Source of the DNA: a virus
Taxonomy: Duplodnaviria; Caudoviricetes
Virus record (IMG/VR): IMGVR_UViG_3300049332_000001
Span: 1,762 to 65,761 of that record
Length of the DNA: 64,000 bases
Strand: one strand, 5' to 3'
Part shown: positions 8,984 to 17,797 of the stretch, piece by piece
Layout: each line of letters starts with the position of its first letter
Position numbering within the stretch: position 1 is the stretch's first letter
Notes under the pieces: generated by a model
What the model was told of the DNA's origin: nothing
Database searches by the model: none
Seen by the model: the letters and a program-made list of their open reading frames with translations, nothing else
Made by a program: the position numbers and the translations under genes

Positions 8984-11291
8984 ATTTCTGAACAGCAAAC
9001 GCATCACGATTGCGCCGAGTGGGTTCGACGCCAACGCGCTCAACTCAATGCTGTTCGACTTTCAATCTGACTGTGCAAGATGGGCACTGCAACGCGGCAA
9101 AGCGGCACTGTTTGAAGATTGTGGGCTCGGCAAGACCCCGCAGCAGTTAGTGTGGGCCGAGCAAGTGGTCGCTAAATATAGCAAGCCTGTCTTGATCCTT
9201 GCGCCCCTAGCCGTATCAAAACAAACAGTACGCGAAGGCGCGAAGTTTGGCATTGAGGCCCATGTGGCCGTACAGCAATCTGACATTAACGGTCCTTCGA
9301 TCTATGTCGCCAACTATGAAAAGCTGCATCACTTCGATCCGTCCGCGTTCGCCGGCGTGGTGCTGGATGAGTCGTCAATCCTGAAATCTTACTCCGGCGC
9401 TACTCGCAACTTGCTGGTTGAGCAGTTCGTCAACACGCCAATGAAACTCTGTGCCACAGCCACGCCTGCGCCCAACGACTACATGGAACTAGGTAATCAT
9501 AGTGAGTTTCTTGGCGTGCTTACTCGCACGGAGATGCTTAGCACGTTCTTCGTACATGATGGAGGCGATACCAGCAAGTGGCGGCTAAAGGGCCATGCTG
9601 AGGAAGAGTATTGGAAGTGGGTTTGCCAGTGGGCCGTGATGCTGCGTCAGCCTTCTGACCTTGGCTACGACAATAACGGGTTTGTGCTGCCACCGTTACG
9701 CTATCACCACCACGTCGTTAAGTCAGCACGCAATCTCGACGGATTCCTATTTCCGGTTGAGGCGCAAACGCTACTTGAGCGGCGTGGGGCACGGCGTAAT
9801 AGTTTGAGCGAGCGCGTTGAACTGTGCGCGTCGCTGGTCAACGAATCAACCGAGCCGTGGCTAGTCTGGTGTGATCTCAATGCTGAGGGTGACGCGCTGG
9901 CAAAGCTTATCCCCGATGCCGTGCAGGTAGCAGGGCGTGACAGCGATGAAGCCAAGGAAGATCGGTTGCTCGGGTTCGCCGAAGGACGCTACCGCGTGCT
10001 GGTTAGTAAACCCAGTATTGCAGGGCACGGTCTAAACCTGCAAATCTGCTCAAACCTTGCTTTTGTTGGTCTAAGTGACTCATGGGAGCAGTGGTATCAG
10101 GCAGTGCGGCGTTGCTGGCGGTTTGGGCAGAAGAACGAAGTCAACTGTCATGTTATTACTAGCGAGGCCGAAGGTGCAGTCGTACGCAACATCCAACGCA
10201 AGGAAGCCGACGCCGCACGCATGGCAAAGGAGATGGTGAAGCATATGTCGGTTTACAACACTGAGGCGGTGCATACAGGGACGGTCAGAACCGCCGATAC
10301 CTACAAGACTGACGTGAAGCGCGGCGAGCGTTGGGAGATGCGCTTAGGTGACTGCGTGGAGTTAATCAAAGACGTGCCAAGCGATAGTGTTCACTATTCG
10401 ATATTCAGCCCGCCGTTTGCGTCGCTTTACACGTACAGTTCGTCTGAGCGAGACATGGGCAACGCACGGGGTGATACAGAGTTCTATGCGCATTTTCAGT
10501 TTCTCGTTAAAGAGTTGTATCGTGTGCTGCTACCTGGCCGCTTGCTGTCGTTTCACTGCATGGACATCCCGGCAATGAAAGAGCGTGACGGCTATATTGG
10601 CTTAAAAGATTTCCCCGGCGATCTAATCCGTATGTTTCAATCAGCAGGGTTTATCTACCACTCACGAGCGTCGATCTGGAAAGACCCGCTGATTGAGGCT
10701 ACACGCACCAAGGCGCTTGGGCTGATGCATAAACAAGTAGTCAAAGACAGCGCGATGTGTCGGCAGGGGTTGCCTGATTATCTCATTACTATGCGTAAGG
10801 CTGGAACGAATAGTGAGCCAATTTCACGGCCCAACGGGTTTACGGAATTTATTGGCGAGGATGAGCCGCGTGCGCCAAAGGTTGAACCGACGTTAAAGAA
10901 AGACGGCGATAAGGCTTCTCATCTAACGCGTGATGATCCAGTCTACAGTCACCAAGTCTGGCGACGCTATGCCTCCCCTGTCTGGATGGACATCAACCAA
11001 TCCGACACGCTACAACGTGAATCTGCGCGAGAGGAAGCCGACGAAAGACATGTTTGCCCTTTACAATTACAAGTGATTGAGCGCGGGTTGGAACTATGGA
11101 CCAATACGGGCGATGTGGTCCTAGATCCTTTTTCAGGCATTGGTAGCACCGGCTATGTAGCCGTGCAACGCGGGCGACGCTTCATCGGGTTTGAACTTAA
11201 GGCCAGCTACCACCAGCAAGCCTGCGCGAACCTGCACAACGCCGAGGCCGCAATGGAACAGACGACGCTGTTTAGCGAGGCGGCAGGATGA
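8964..11291 (+). CDS. SF2 (SNF2-like) helicase fused to N4/N6 DNA methyltransferase (beta order)
   Basis: EDCGLGKT, LDESS, TATPAPND, QAVRRCWRFGQ; then SPPF (motif IV) and VLDPFSGIGST (motif I). Confidence 0.88.
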   Translation: MTTSYAEFLNSKRITIAPSGFDANALNSMLFDFQSDCARWALQRGKAALFEDCGLGKTPQQLVWAEQVVAKYSKPVLILAPLAVSKQTVREGAKFGIEAHVAVQQSDINGPSIYVANYEKLHHFDPSAFAGVVLDESSILKSYSGATRNLLVEQFVNTPMKLCATATPAPNDYMELGNHSEFLGVLTRTEMLSTFFVHDGGDTSKWRLKGHAEEEYWKWVCQWAVMLRQPSDLGYDNNGFVLPPLRYHHHVVKSARNLDGFLFPVEAQTLLERRGARRNSLSERVELCASLVNESTEPWLVWCDLNAEGDALAKLIPDAVQVAGRDSDEAKEDRLLGFAEGRYRVLVSKPSIAGHGLNLQICSNLAFVGLSDSWEQWYQAVRRCWRFGQKNEVNCHVITSEAEGAVVRNIQRKEADAARMAKEMVKHMSVYNTEAVHTGTVRTADTYKTDVKRGERWEMRLGDCVELIKDVPSDSVHYSIFSPPFASLYTYSSSERDMGNARGDTEFYAHFQFLVKELYRVLLPGRLLSFHCMDIPAMKERDGYIGLKDFPGDLIRMFQSAGFIYHSRASIWKDPLIEATRTKALGLMHKQVVKDSAMCRQGLPDYLITMRKAGTNSEPISRPNGFTEFIGEDEPRAPKVEPTLKKDGDKASHLTRDDPVYSHQVWRRYASPVWMDINQSDTLQRESAREEADERHVCPLQLQVIERGLELWTNTGDVVLDPFSGIGSTGYVAVQRGRRFIGFELKASYHQQACANLHNAEAAMEQTTLFSEAAG

Positions 11292-11403
11292 GCGACGTCC
11301 ACGGCTCGCGCGCCGCCGAGGCTGGCTGCTGTGCGCTGCTGTTGCTGGCAGGCATGGCGCTTGGCGTGGGGCTGAGTCTGCTGGTGGTTTGGTGGATTGC
11401 CTG

Positions 11404-11433
11404 TTGACCTGATGCTTGCTACCATGCTATGCT
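11404..11433 (+). promoter_or_regulatory. sigma70-type promoter
   Basis: TTGACC-18-TATGCT with TGn extension, 7 nt before ATG 11441. Confidence 0.55.
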
Positions 11434-11440
11434 TGCCAGC

Positions 11441-11656
11441 ATGAATCGACGTGAAGAAATCACTAAGAACCTGAATCGCCTCAAAGTTGAAAGCGACCCT
11501 AAGTTTCGCAAGGAACTGTCGGAGTTAGCGGACGCCTTACAAGAGTTGCTTGACAGCACCGCTAAAGGAGGTCGCGCACGGGCGAGAAAGCTCAGCAAGA
11601 AGCGGCGTAGCGAAATCGCCCGTAACGCGGCTAGAGCACGGTGGTCTAAGGTCTAA
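11441..11656 (+). CDS. small basic nucleic-acid-binding protein
   Basis: KGGRARARKLSKKRRSEIARNAARARW motif common in small phage proteins. Confidence 0.65.
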   Translation: MNRREEITKNLNRLKVESDPKFRKELSELADALQELLDSTAKGGRARARKLSKKRRSEIARNAARARWSKV

Positions 11657-11886
11657 TGCGTCAATGTGCCAAACATTGTCACAAGTCCAAGGGAGCGGCT
11701 GAGGCTCAGTTACGCGCCTTACTGGCTCGTGCTGATGATAAGCTCAACTCGGAGATCCTTTGCACGTATCTGTGTCCGCGTTGCAACTACTGGCATGTGG
11801 GCCACAATGAGATGAAGATTCGCCCCGCACCAATGCCGGTTATCCCACTGGCGAAGCGTGGGCCGGGAGGAGCAAGAGGTGTATAG
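11656..11886 (+). CDS. small Zn-binding phage protein
   Basis: YLCPRCNYWHVGH. Confidence 0.6.
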   Translation: MRQCAKHCHKSKGAAEAQLRALLARADDKLNSEILCTYLCPRCNYWHVGHNEMKIRPAPMPVIPLAKRGPGGARGV

Positions 11887-12106
11887 TCCAGTGACCACCA
11901 AACTAGCCATCACAATCAACTTGGACCAACTGCGCGACTTGATGCGCAAGTTTATGTCGGAAGTCGTTACTGACGGTGATAACAACATTTACGCATGGCC
12001 CTTTGAGACATTCTTGCAATGGGCTAAGAAGCGACAGGAGATGACAAATGAACATTCGCAACGTACTACGAACCTACGGGTTGTTACGCCAGCTAAGCGA
12101 CGATGA
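11858..12106 (+). CDS. hypothetical protein
   Basis: ORF; start uncertain. Confidence 0.45.
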   Translation: MGREEQEVYSPVTTKLAITINLDQLRDLMRKFMSEVVTDGDNNIYAWPFETFLQWAKKRQEMTNEHSQRTTNLRVVTPAKRR

Positions 12107-12434
12107 AACAGCGCTGTTGGAAACACTGCGCGGGCTAAATGTCAGTGAGCGCGAGCAGTTGGTTGAATCGCTTGCTCCAGTCAAGGCGGCTAAGAAGCCA
12201 CGTAAGTCACGTGGTAAGTCAGCACGTGCTTCGTCAATGGCTGAGACACTAAACAGTAACTTGCAACAGCGGCGACGTTCGACAGCAGACGACGCCACGG
12301 GTGAGAGTCAGTCGCCGTCGCTGCTCTGTGGTGCCTGCGGCAACGAGGAAAGCTATCAGGACCACTTCAAGCCGTCGCCGCATTATCATGCGTTTGCTGT
12401 CTCAAAGACTGCTCAGAGCGCGGCGGGAGATTGA
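12048..12434 (+). CDS. hypothetical protein
   Basis: SD AGGAG; C-terminal CGAC...H..H. Confidence 0.6.
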   Translation: MNIRNVLRTYGLLRQLSDDETALLETLRGLNVSEREQLVESLAPVKAAKKPRKSRGKSARASSMAETLNSNLQQRRRSTADDATGESQSPSLLCGACGNEESYQDHFKPSPHYHAFAVSKTAQSAAGD

Positions 12435-12435
12435 G

Positions 12436-12759
12436 ATGACTGCTAAGCTGTTAATTATACCATCCAATTTAAAACTGCCTCCTAAACTGCGTCGTAAGAT
12501 TCAGGATGGTGGTTACATTATCGTGCCCGAGGATCAACAAGGCAGCGTTCGTGTTGTTGACCCACTACCAGATCTGTCCATTACCAATGACAGTGAGTCA
12601 CTGTGGTTGATTCAGAATCTACTGGATTTAGTATTAACTGATAGCTACTCAAGCTTGCCAAAGAAGTTAGGCGAGCGGTTAGTCAATCGTGTTAAGGCCA
12701 AGATAGAAATCGCCGCAAATGGCAAGGAGCAATCTGATGGAACCAACGATATTACCTAA
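12436..12759 (+). CDS. hypothetical protein
   Basis: ORF; likely start ATG 12436. Confidence 0.5.
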   Translation: MTAKLLIIPSNLKLPPKLRRKIQDGGYIIVPEDQQGSVRVVDPLPDLSITNDSESLWLIQNLLDLVLTDSYSSLPKKLGERLVNRVKAKIEIAANGKEQSDGTNDIT

Positions 12760-12791
12760 CGACTTGATGGTGGGTATATTGCCTGTCCATC

Positions 12792-13019
12792 GTGCGGCAG
12801 CAAGGAGCGAGCAGGCTGATGACCCAATGCCTCTCCTGCGGCTACGTCACGCTTGAGGACGCCCCTGCTTGCTGGCACTGCGAGGACGCACATCAGCGAT
12901 TGCTGGAACGGCTGACTGACGGCGACGATGGCGCGTTGACATGGCCCGAGCTGGCAGCATGGGCGCAGAGTGACGTGGCGCCAAGGGGGCAGGTGGCGCG
13001 AGTCTGGAAGATTAGCTAA
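12792..13019 (+). CDS. hypothetical Zn-ribbon protein
   Basis: CLSC...CWHC. Confidence 0.45.
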   Translation: MRQQGASRLMTQCLSCGYVTLEDAPACWHCEDAHQRLLERLTDGDDGALTWPELAAWAQSDVAPRGQVARVWKIS

Positions 13020-13026
13020 ACCCGCA

Positions 13027-13251
13027 ATGGAATGCTCAAGCTGCAATGGCAGGACTTACGTAGTCGACTCGCGCCAGGGTGAGAACACGCGGCGCCGGCG
13101 TTACTGCTGTCGCTCGTGTAAGACCAGATTCACTACCTGCGAGATCACTGTTGCCGAGTACGAGAGGTTGCAGTCCGTGCGTATCAACATGGCAGCAATC
13201 AACGCGGCTATTGACACATTGAACGCGGTTAAGAAAGCGGTGCGTGGCTGA
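13027..13251 (+). CDS. NrdR-like N-terminal Zn-ribbon protein
   Basis: CSSC...VVDSR...RRRRYCC.SC..RFTT.E; lacks the ATP-cone. Confidence 0.7.
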   Translation: MECSSCNGRTYVVDSRQGENTRRRRYCCRSCKTRFTTCEITVAEYERLQSVRINMAAINAAIDTLNAVKKAVRG

Positions 13252-13541
13252 TGGCACATTATGACGGTAAACTATTGAAGGCATGCGCAACCGGCCCTTT
13301 GACTAGCGTGGAAATTGGCAAGATTGTTGGGTGCTACGGCGTTGACGCCATCACTCGCCTACGTGGACGAAGAGACCTCCGTGTAACCATTGTCGGCCAC
13401 CTTTCCGGTGACGGTCATAGAGGACCATCTAGAAAACTATATAGAGTTGAAAAGATAGACCACGTTAGCCGTGCCTACTGTTGCGGCTACTGTGAAAAGC
13501 AACGGCAGATTAACGCTCAGGTTTTGGCGAGTTCAACTTAG
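13251..13541 (+). CDS. hypothetical protein, possible winged HTH
   Basis: GPLTSVEIGKIVG...RKLYRV. Confidence 0.5.
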   Translation: MAHYDGKLLKACATGPLTSVEIGKIVGCYGVDAITRLRGRRDLRVTIVGHLSGDGHRGPSRKLYRVEKIDHVSRAYCCGYCEKQRQINAQVLASST

Positions 13542-13559
13542 CGGCGTCTCGTTTGCTGT

Positions 13560-13976
13560 TCACGCGCAATCAGACGAGCGCGGCTTGTCGATCTCGCTGT
13601 AACTTATCCCATGCGCATCCAGCAATCCCTTGAGTCGTTTCATTTGATACTCATGCAGCGTCAGGCGGGTAGCTTGTTGGGCGCTCAGTCTGCGTTCATC
13701 CTCAAGGTCCAACATCACGTCTGTAGCCTTGCGTTCCCAGTGCTCACACTGGCTGCGCAGCCTTTCAGCCCCGGCAATTGCCTGTGTAGCGGCTTGGATT
13801 AGCGACACGTCAGTGCTCACGCTTACCTGTCGCGTCTCGGCATTGAGCTTGGCAATTTCAGCAGGTTCTCGGCGTCGGCGCGTCAGCCAGCCGCCTATCC
13901 ATCCAAGGGATGATGCAAGCACAAGCCACAACACTTGTAGCAGGCTGTGAGGAATGGCAGGGGATTCGAGTTGCAT
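13560..13976 (-). CDS. membrane-anchored coiled-coil protein (holin/spanin-like)
   Basis: N-terminal TM LLQVLWLVLASSLGWIGGWL then coiled coil; last gene of the late operon. Confidence 0.5.
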   Translation of the reverse strand: MQLESPAIPHSLLQVLWLVLASSLGWIGGWLTRRRREPAEIAKLNAETRQVSVSTDVSLIQAATQAIAGAERLRSQCEHWERKATDVMLDLEDERRLSAQQATRLTLHEYQMKRLKGLLDAHGISYSEIDKPRSSDCA

Positions 13977-13983
13977 GGGCGGA

Positions 13984-14460
13984 TCATCGAAGTACCTGAT
14001 TGAGTTGCTGCAATGCCTGAGCTAGCGTCTGGTCCTTCTGCTCGTCTTGCTTGCGGTCCTTGATGACGAGATTAAACGTGGGAGCCTTGCGGTGCTGGCG
14101 TGGGTTCTTCTGGCGTGGGAACACAAGCGAACTATACTGCGCCGATTCAAGCGGGAAGGCTCGATCCAGCGGTACGTCTTTGTAACCAATCCAGTCGCCC
14201 ACGCAAGCAATGTCTGCTTGATCTTCTGACGAGAAAAAGCCGCCGTTTTCAAACCAGAACACTGTTACCTTTTTGCCGTTGACCTCTACGCCCTTGGGGC
14301 ATGGCACTTTCATCACGTTCCATGAGAAGTGTATAAACGGGCGAAAGATATACTTAAAGAACGCCTTGCGATACCACGGCGTACCCAGATCAAGCTCCCA
14401 TTTCCAGTGAGCCACCATCCAGATCCGGTCCAATGGTTCTGTGACTCGTTCTGGAATCAC
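13984..14460 (-). CDS. hypothetical protein
   Basis: ORF 158 aa; SD GGAGG. Confidence 0.6.
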   Translation of the reverse strand: MIPERVTEPLDRIWMVAHWKWELDLGTPWYRKAFFKYIFRPFIHFSWNVMKVPCPKGVEVNGKKVTVFWFENGGFFSSEDQADIACVGDWIGYKDVPLDRAFPLESAQYSSLVFPRQKNPRQHRKAPTFNLVIKDRKQDEQKDQTLAQALQQLNQVLR

Positions 14461-14462
14461 TG

Positions 14463-14621
14463 CTAGCCGCCTCCCTGTCCCTTGCCAGGGTTGTCAATGT
14501 CGCCCTGCGGTTCTGGCTTAGGCGCAGGCTGCGGTTGCTCAGGCGTCGTCGGCTTAGTTGGCTGCGTTGGCTGACTTCGCTGTCGCTCTCTATCCTTGTC
14601 CATCTCGTCTTCTGTGTGCAT
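14463..14621 (-). CDS. Pro/Gln-rich 52-aa peptide
   Basis: hand translation MHTEDEMDKDRERQRSQPTQPTKPTTPEQPQPAPKPEPQG...; SD GAAAGGTG. Confidence 0.5.
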   Translation of the reverse strand: MHTEDEMDKDRERQRSQPTQPTKPTTPEQPQPAPKPEPQGDIDNPGKGQGGG

Positions 14622-14666
14622 GGTTGCTTGTCACCTTTCTCGGGTTATGAAACCGTAAACCTAATC

Positions 14667-15104
14667 CTACGCCTCCTTGCTGAGTCGTACCACATTCGCC
14701 AGACATAGTTTGCGCTTGCGAAACACGCGCGGGAACAGTCCGATCTCAACTGGAAACGTCTGGCCGCTGCGCTCCCTCCCGTAGAGCACCGTATCACGTC
14801 GGCCCATGCTGCGGGTCTGCATTGCCTGTCCAAAGCTCTGAACGTAGCCTACGTGCCCGTGACGATAATTTTCCGGCACCAACTCGATTAGGTCCAGTCC
14901 CGCCATCTCGTCAGTCACGTAGCCAAAGATTGCCTCGGCACCCGGCGTGGCGTAGATTACCTTCTGCGTCTCAATGTCCACCAGCACGAAGCCTGCCTTG
15001 TCTGCGCCCCAGATCTTGATAGCGTCGATGTCGCTTTGGGTGAGCACGGACGGATCGATCTCGTCCACCACGGCTACCAGTTTGTCTAGCTCGGACTTAC
15101 TCAT
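14667..15104 (-). CDS. stand-alone PAS domain protein (FixL-like)
   Basis: AEAIFGY...G...ELVPENYRHGHVGYV...YGRERSGQTFPVEIGL; ATGA overlap with the upstream gene gives start 15104. Confidence 0.85.
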   Translation of the reverse strand: MSKSELDKLVAVVDEIDPSVLTQSDIDAIKIWGADKAGFVLVDIETQKVIYATPGAEAIFGYVTDEMAGLDLIELVPENYRHGHVGYVQSFGQAMQTRSMGRRDTVLYGRERSGQTFPVEIGLFPRVFRKRKLCLANVVRLSKEA

Positions 15105-15448
15105 TGTTTCAGGCTGATTCGCAGAAAGTTGAACACGAAGCCTAGCAACAGCATTATCACGCTGGCAACCAGTCCTTTGATCCATTTGCCATTCTCAATT
15201 GCCTTGGACTTGGTTTCCTTAGCCGCTTCTTCCAGCATGTGGATGCGCTGGTTGATAACGCTGATTTGTGCCGTTGCCATGTCCGACTCAAGCTTGCCCA
15301 GCGTCTTGTTTAGCTGGACCAGTTGAAACTCGACGCCAACCATCTTCTCGGATAGTTGCGAGACTCGTCCTTCACGCTCGCGTAGCTGCTCCTGTATGCC
15401 AGCCAGTCCGCGTGTAACAAGTTCGACAAGCTTCTGTTCATCGGTCAT
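15101..15448 (-). CDS. coiled-coil protein with C-terminal TM (holin/XhlA-like)
   Basis: heptads then WIKGLVASVIMLLLGFVFNFL. Confidence 0.55.
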   Translation of the reverse strand: MTDEQKLVELVTRGLAGIQEQLREREGRVSQLSEKMVGVEFQLVQLNKTLGKLESDMATAQISVINQRIHMLEEAAKETKSKAIENGKWIKGLVASVIMLLLGFVFNFLRISLKQ

Positions 15449-15480
15449 TTAGTCGGGGGATGTAGTGTCCATTGACATTA

Positions 15481-15489
15481 ATTATAACA
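15481..15489 (-). promoter_or_regulatory. extended -10 promoter
   Basis: perfect TGTTATAAT, 8 nt before ATG 15472. Confidence 0.6.
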
Positions 15490-15637
15490 GCGTCTCAGAG
15501 CCGTGCAGAACTCGGTGTTTCCCCAAACAAGGACTTTCCGTATTGCCCTGAGACGCTGCTACTCATTGCCGCCCCTCAGTAGCCCCTCCAACACGTGCGA
15601 CGAATGTACGCGTTGCATTTCACCAAGGGGCGGCAAT
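15488..15637. repeat. two adjacent perfect inverted repeats (11 bp and 12 bp arms)
   Basis: CAGCGTCTCAG 15488/15548 and ATTGCCGCCCCT 15565/15626. Confidence 0.85.
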
Positions 15638-15643
15638 CTTGCG

Positions 15644-15889
15644 TTAGACTGGTGGCTCGGCGGGCGTTGGTGTCGCTGGCGTGTTCTCGCTTACTGCGCC
15701 AGCAAGGCTGTCGCTTGAGGCGTCCAGTTCCGTTACCAACGCATTAATGTTTGTCGCGTCCGTAATGTCATCCGCCGCGATCGCGTCCTTGATGCGCTGC
15801 GAGATGCCGCGAATCAACGCCACTGCCGAAGTATCAACTGACGTGTTGCGGGCTACTGCCGCCTGAAGTCCACTTAGATCAACTGCCAT
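15644..15889 (-). CDS. hypothetical protein
   Basis: Ala-rich helical protein with Pro tail; SD AAGGAG. Confidence 0.65.
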   Translation of the reverse strand: MAVDLSGLQAAVARNTSVDTSAVALIRGISQRIKDAIAADDITDATNINALVTELDASSDSLAGAVSENTPATPTPAEPPV

Positions 15890-15891
15890 TG

Positions 15892-16230
15892 TTAGTCTCC
15901 TTTTGACTGTTCATTAATTGCGGCTTCTTCCGCGTCGGATGAAGCGTTAAGTTCCTTAACTGCCGCGTCAATTTTAGCTTGGATGCCACCTTCCAGCAGT
16001 TCCAGAATCAGGTCCAGCTTTGCATTGATAAACCCAACATCAGGCAACTGCACGCCTTGCACCGCTTCAAGGATCTCGTCAAGCTTGGCGCTGACGTCGC
16101 TGCCTGCCCCTTTCGCCAGTACGTCAGTCCGGCGATTGTAAGCGCCGATAAACGCGTTGAGCAGGAAGTACACATTGCCCTGCTTCTCAATCTCCTGTAC
16201 CAACTTGTCTGTGCGTCGAAATGGAAACAT
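15892..16230 (-). CDS. hypothetical protein
   Basis: SD AGGAG. Confidence 0.6.
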   Translation of the reverse strand: MFPFRRTDKLVQEIEKQGNVYFLLNAFIGAYNRRTDVLAKGAGSDVSAKLDEILEAVQGVQLPDVGFINAKLDLILELLEGGIQAKIDAAVKELNASSDAEEAAINEQSKGD

Positions 16231-16644
16231 TCACTCCTGCTTTCCATACCAAGGCTGACAATCATCAGGCAAGGTGTAGAGCATGTTTGGTATGATCTCG
16301 CCTGCTTTGAACATTCGCCAGAACTTTATGTTGCGCCACACGCGAACCTCGCATGATGTGACTGCTTTGAACCAGTGATCCGTGATGACTGCTTTTACCT
16401 TGTCGCCTGACTGGACGTCGCCGGTTGAGAGCGAAGCGTCGGGGTTGACTCTTCCGTCTCGCGTGGGAGCAACCAGTCGCCACTGCGCAAAGATTTCCTT
16501 AGCTTCTGCGGGATCAGTGAACGTGAACAGGACCATCTTGCCGTCTTCGGGGCAGGCAACTGACTTATCAGGCTCCCTGACTGTGCAAGTGACAACCTTG
16601 GGCTCCTGAACCATGAATGCGAGCAGGAGTAATAGGCCAATCAT
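16231..16644 (-). CDS. hypothetical exported protein
   Basis: likely start MIGLLLLLAFMVQ (hydrophobic leader). Confidence 0.55.
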   Translation of the reverse strand: MIGLLLLLAFMVQEPKVVTCTVREPDKSVACPEDGKMVLFTFTDPAEAKEIFAQWRLVAPTRDGRVNPDASLSTGDVQSGDKVKAVITDHWFKAVTSCEVRVWRNIKFWRMFKAGEIIPNMLYTLPDDCQPWYGKQE

Positions 16645-16926
16645 TTCATCTCTCCAGCAAGCGATGTCTCGCCAATCCTTACTGCAACGGTCTTCCAGTA
16701 GTCCAGTCGTTTGCGAAGGACTGGGGCGCAGTGCGTTACCTTCCCGCACTCAACCACAAACCCGGCACAGAGGTAAGCTGCCGTCACTCTGTACAGCCCG
16801 TCTCTCAATTGCAATCTCCCTGCTTCAGCCGCCAGTCAAGCCACTCCTCAAACGAGTGGTCTTTGGCGAAATTGCGTTCCGGCAACTGTCGTTCAAGTTC
16901 GTAGATGTATCGGGCTTCGGTGTAGG

Positions 16927-17463
16927 TCACGGTTGCAACGCTGCCTCCAGTAGATTGACTTGAACCTTGAGCTTGCGCTCGAGTTCTTTTTCATCACGCG
17001 CAATCACCGTAGCGCTGCGCGCCTCGGCGATGGTCCCAGTGCCGGAATAGAACACCACCAGCGATGCAAGTATTCCCTCGGCAATGTTCGCGGCTTGCTG
17101 AATACGAGGATGGGCAGCAAAGTTCTGACGGTTGATGATGACCCTGAAACATTGTAACGCGCTAAGGGATGCCTGAAACTTCCGCGCCTTCTTCTCAGCG
17201 GCTGAAAGTTCCGAGGGAATGGCGTTGAATGCATCCTGCAAGGTTAGCGCGCATCCGGCACCATCGTTAAAGTCGGTGATAATTGCGGTAGCCTTGGCTT
17301 GCGGAATAGCACCGGCACTAACCAGCGAGTTAACCAGCGGGCCAGACGCCGCAAGGGCCAGTCGAAACGATCTGATTGCCGTGCTGCCGCCGCATCCGTA
17401 TTCGAGAACCACAACCAGTAGAAGGGCAGCGATAAACCTGCTTCGTGAGAACATTGACTTCAT
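16927..17463 (-). CDS. putative lipoprotein
   Basis: RSRFIAALLLVVVLEYG-C lipobox-like; SD AGGAG. Confidence 0.55.
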   Translation of the reverse strand: MKSMFSRSRFIAALLLVVVLEYGCGGSTAIRSFRLALAASGPLVNSLVSAGAIPQAKATAIITDFNDGAGCALTLQDAFNAIPSELSAAEKKARKFQASLSALQCFRVIINRQNFAAHPRIQQAANIAEGILASLVVFYSGTGTIAEARSATVIARDEKELERKLKVQVNLLEAALQP

Positions 17464-17475
17464 AGAATCTCCTGC

Positions 17476-17781
17476 TTACGTTGTTGGGCTATTACCAGCA
17501 CCCGCAGGCGGACTGGAGGTTTTAGTGATTGCTTCTGCTCCGGCCCGGGTAAACCCAAACACGCCTGCTGCTGAGGTTGCAATCGCAATCCAACCTGCGA
17601 AGTAGCCAAATGCGTTGGTGCGGCTAAAGTCTCCTGACGACCATGCCCAGAACGCAACACCTGCTACTGACAACAATATCACCGCCACCGGGCCATACCT
17701 ATCGGGAACGAATCCCCACTTGAATAACTGCGTCAAAGCTACAACCGCCGCCGATACGGTAATGATCGCCTGAGCATCCAT
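17476..17781 (-). CDS. putative holin (3 TM)
   Basis: three hydrophobic segments, 101 aa, lysis-region position. Confidence 0.55.
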   Translation of the reverse strand: MDAQAIITVSAAVVALTQLFKWGFVPDRYGPVAVILLSVAGVAFWAWSSGDFSRTNAFGYFAGWIAIATSAAGVFGFTRAGAEAITKTSSPPAGAGNSPTT

Positions 17782-17788
17782 AGCCCGC

Positions 17789-17797
17789 AGTGTACCA
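17789..17797 (-). promoter_or_regulatory. extended -10 promoter
   Basis: TGGTACACT, 7 nt before ATG 17781. Confidence 0.45.

Noticed and set aside
17476-17520. AGAGNS near the holin C-terminus as a third glycan acceptor motif
   Set aside because: Not terminal (followed by PTT), and Ala/Gly/Ser-rich tails arise easily by chance.
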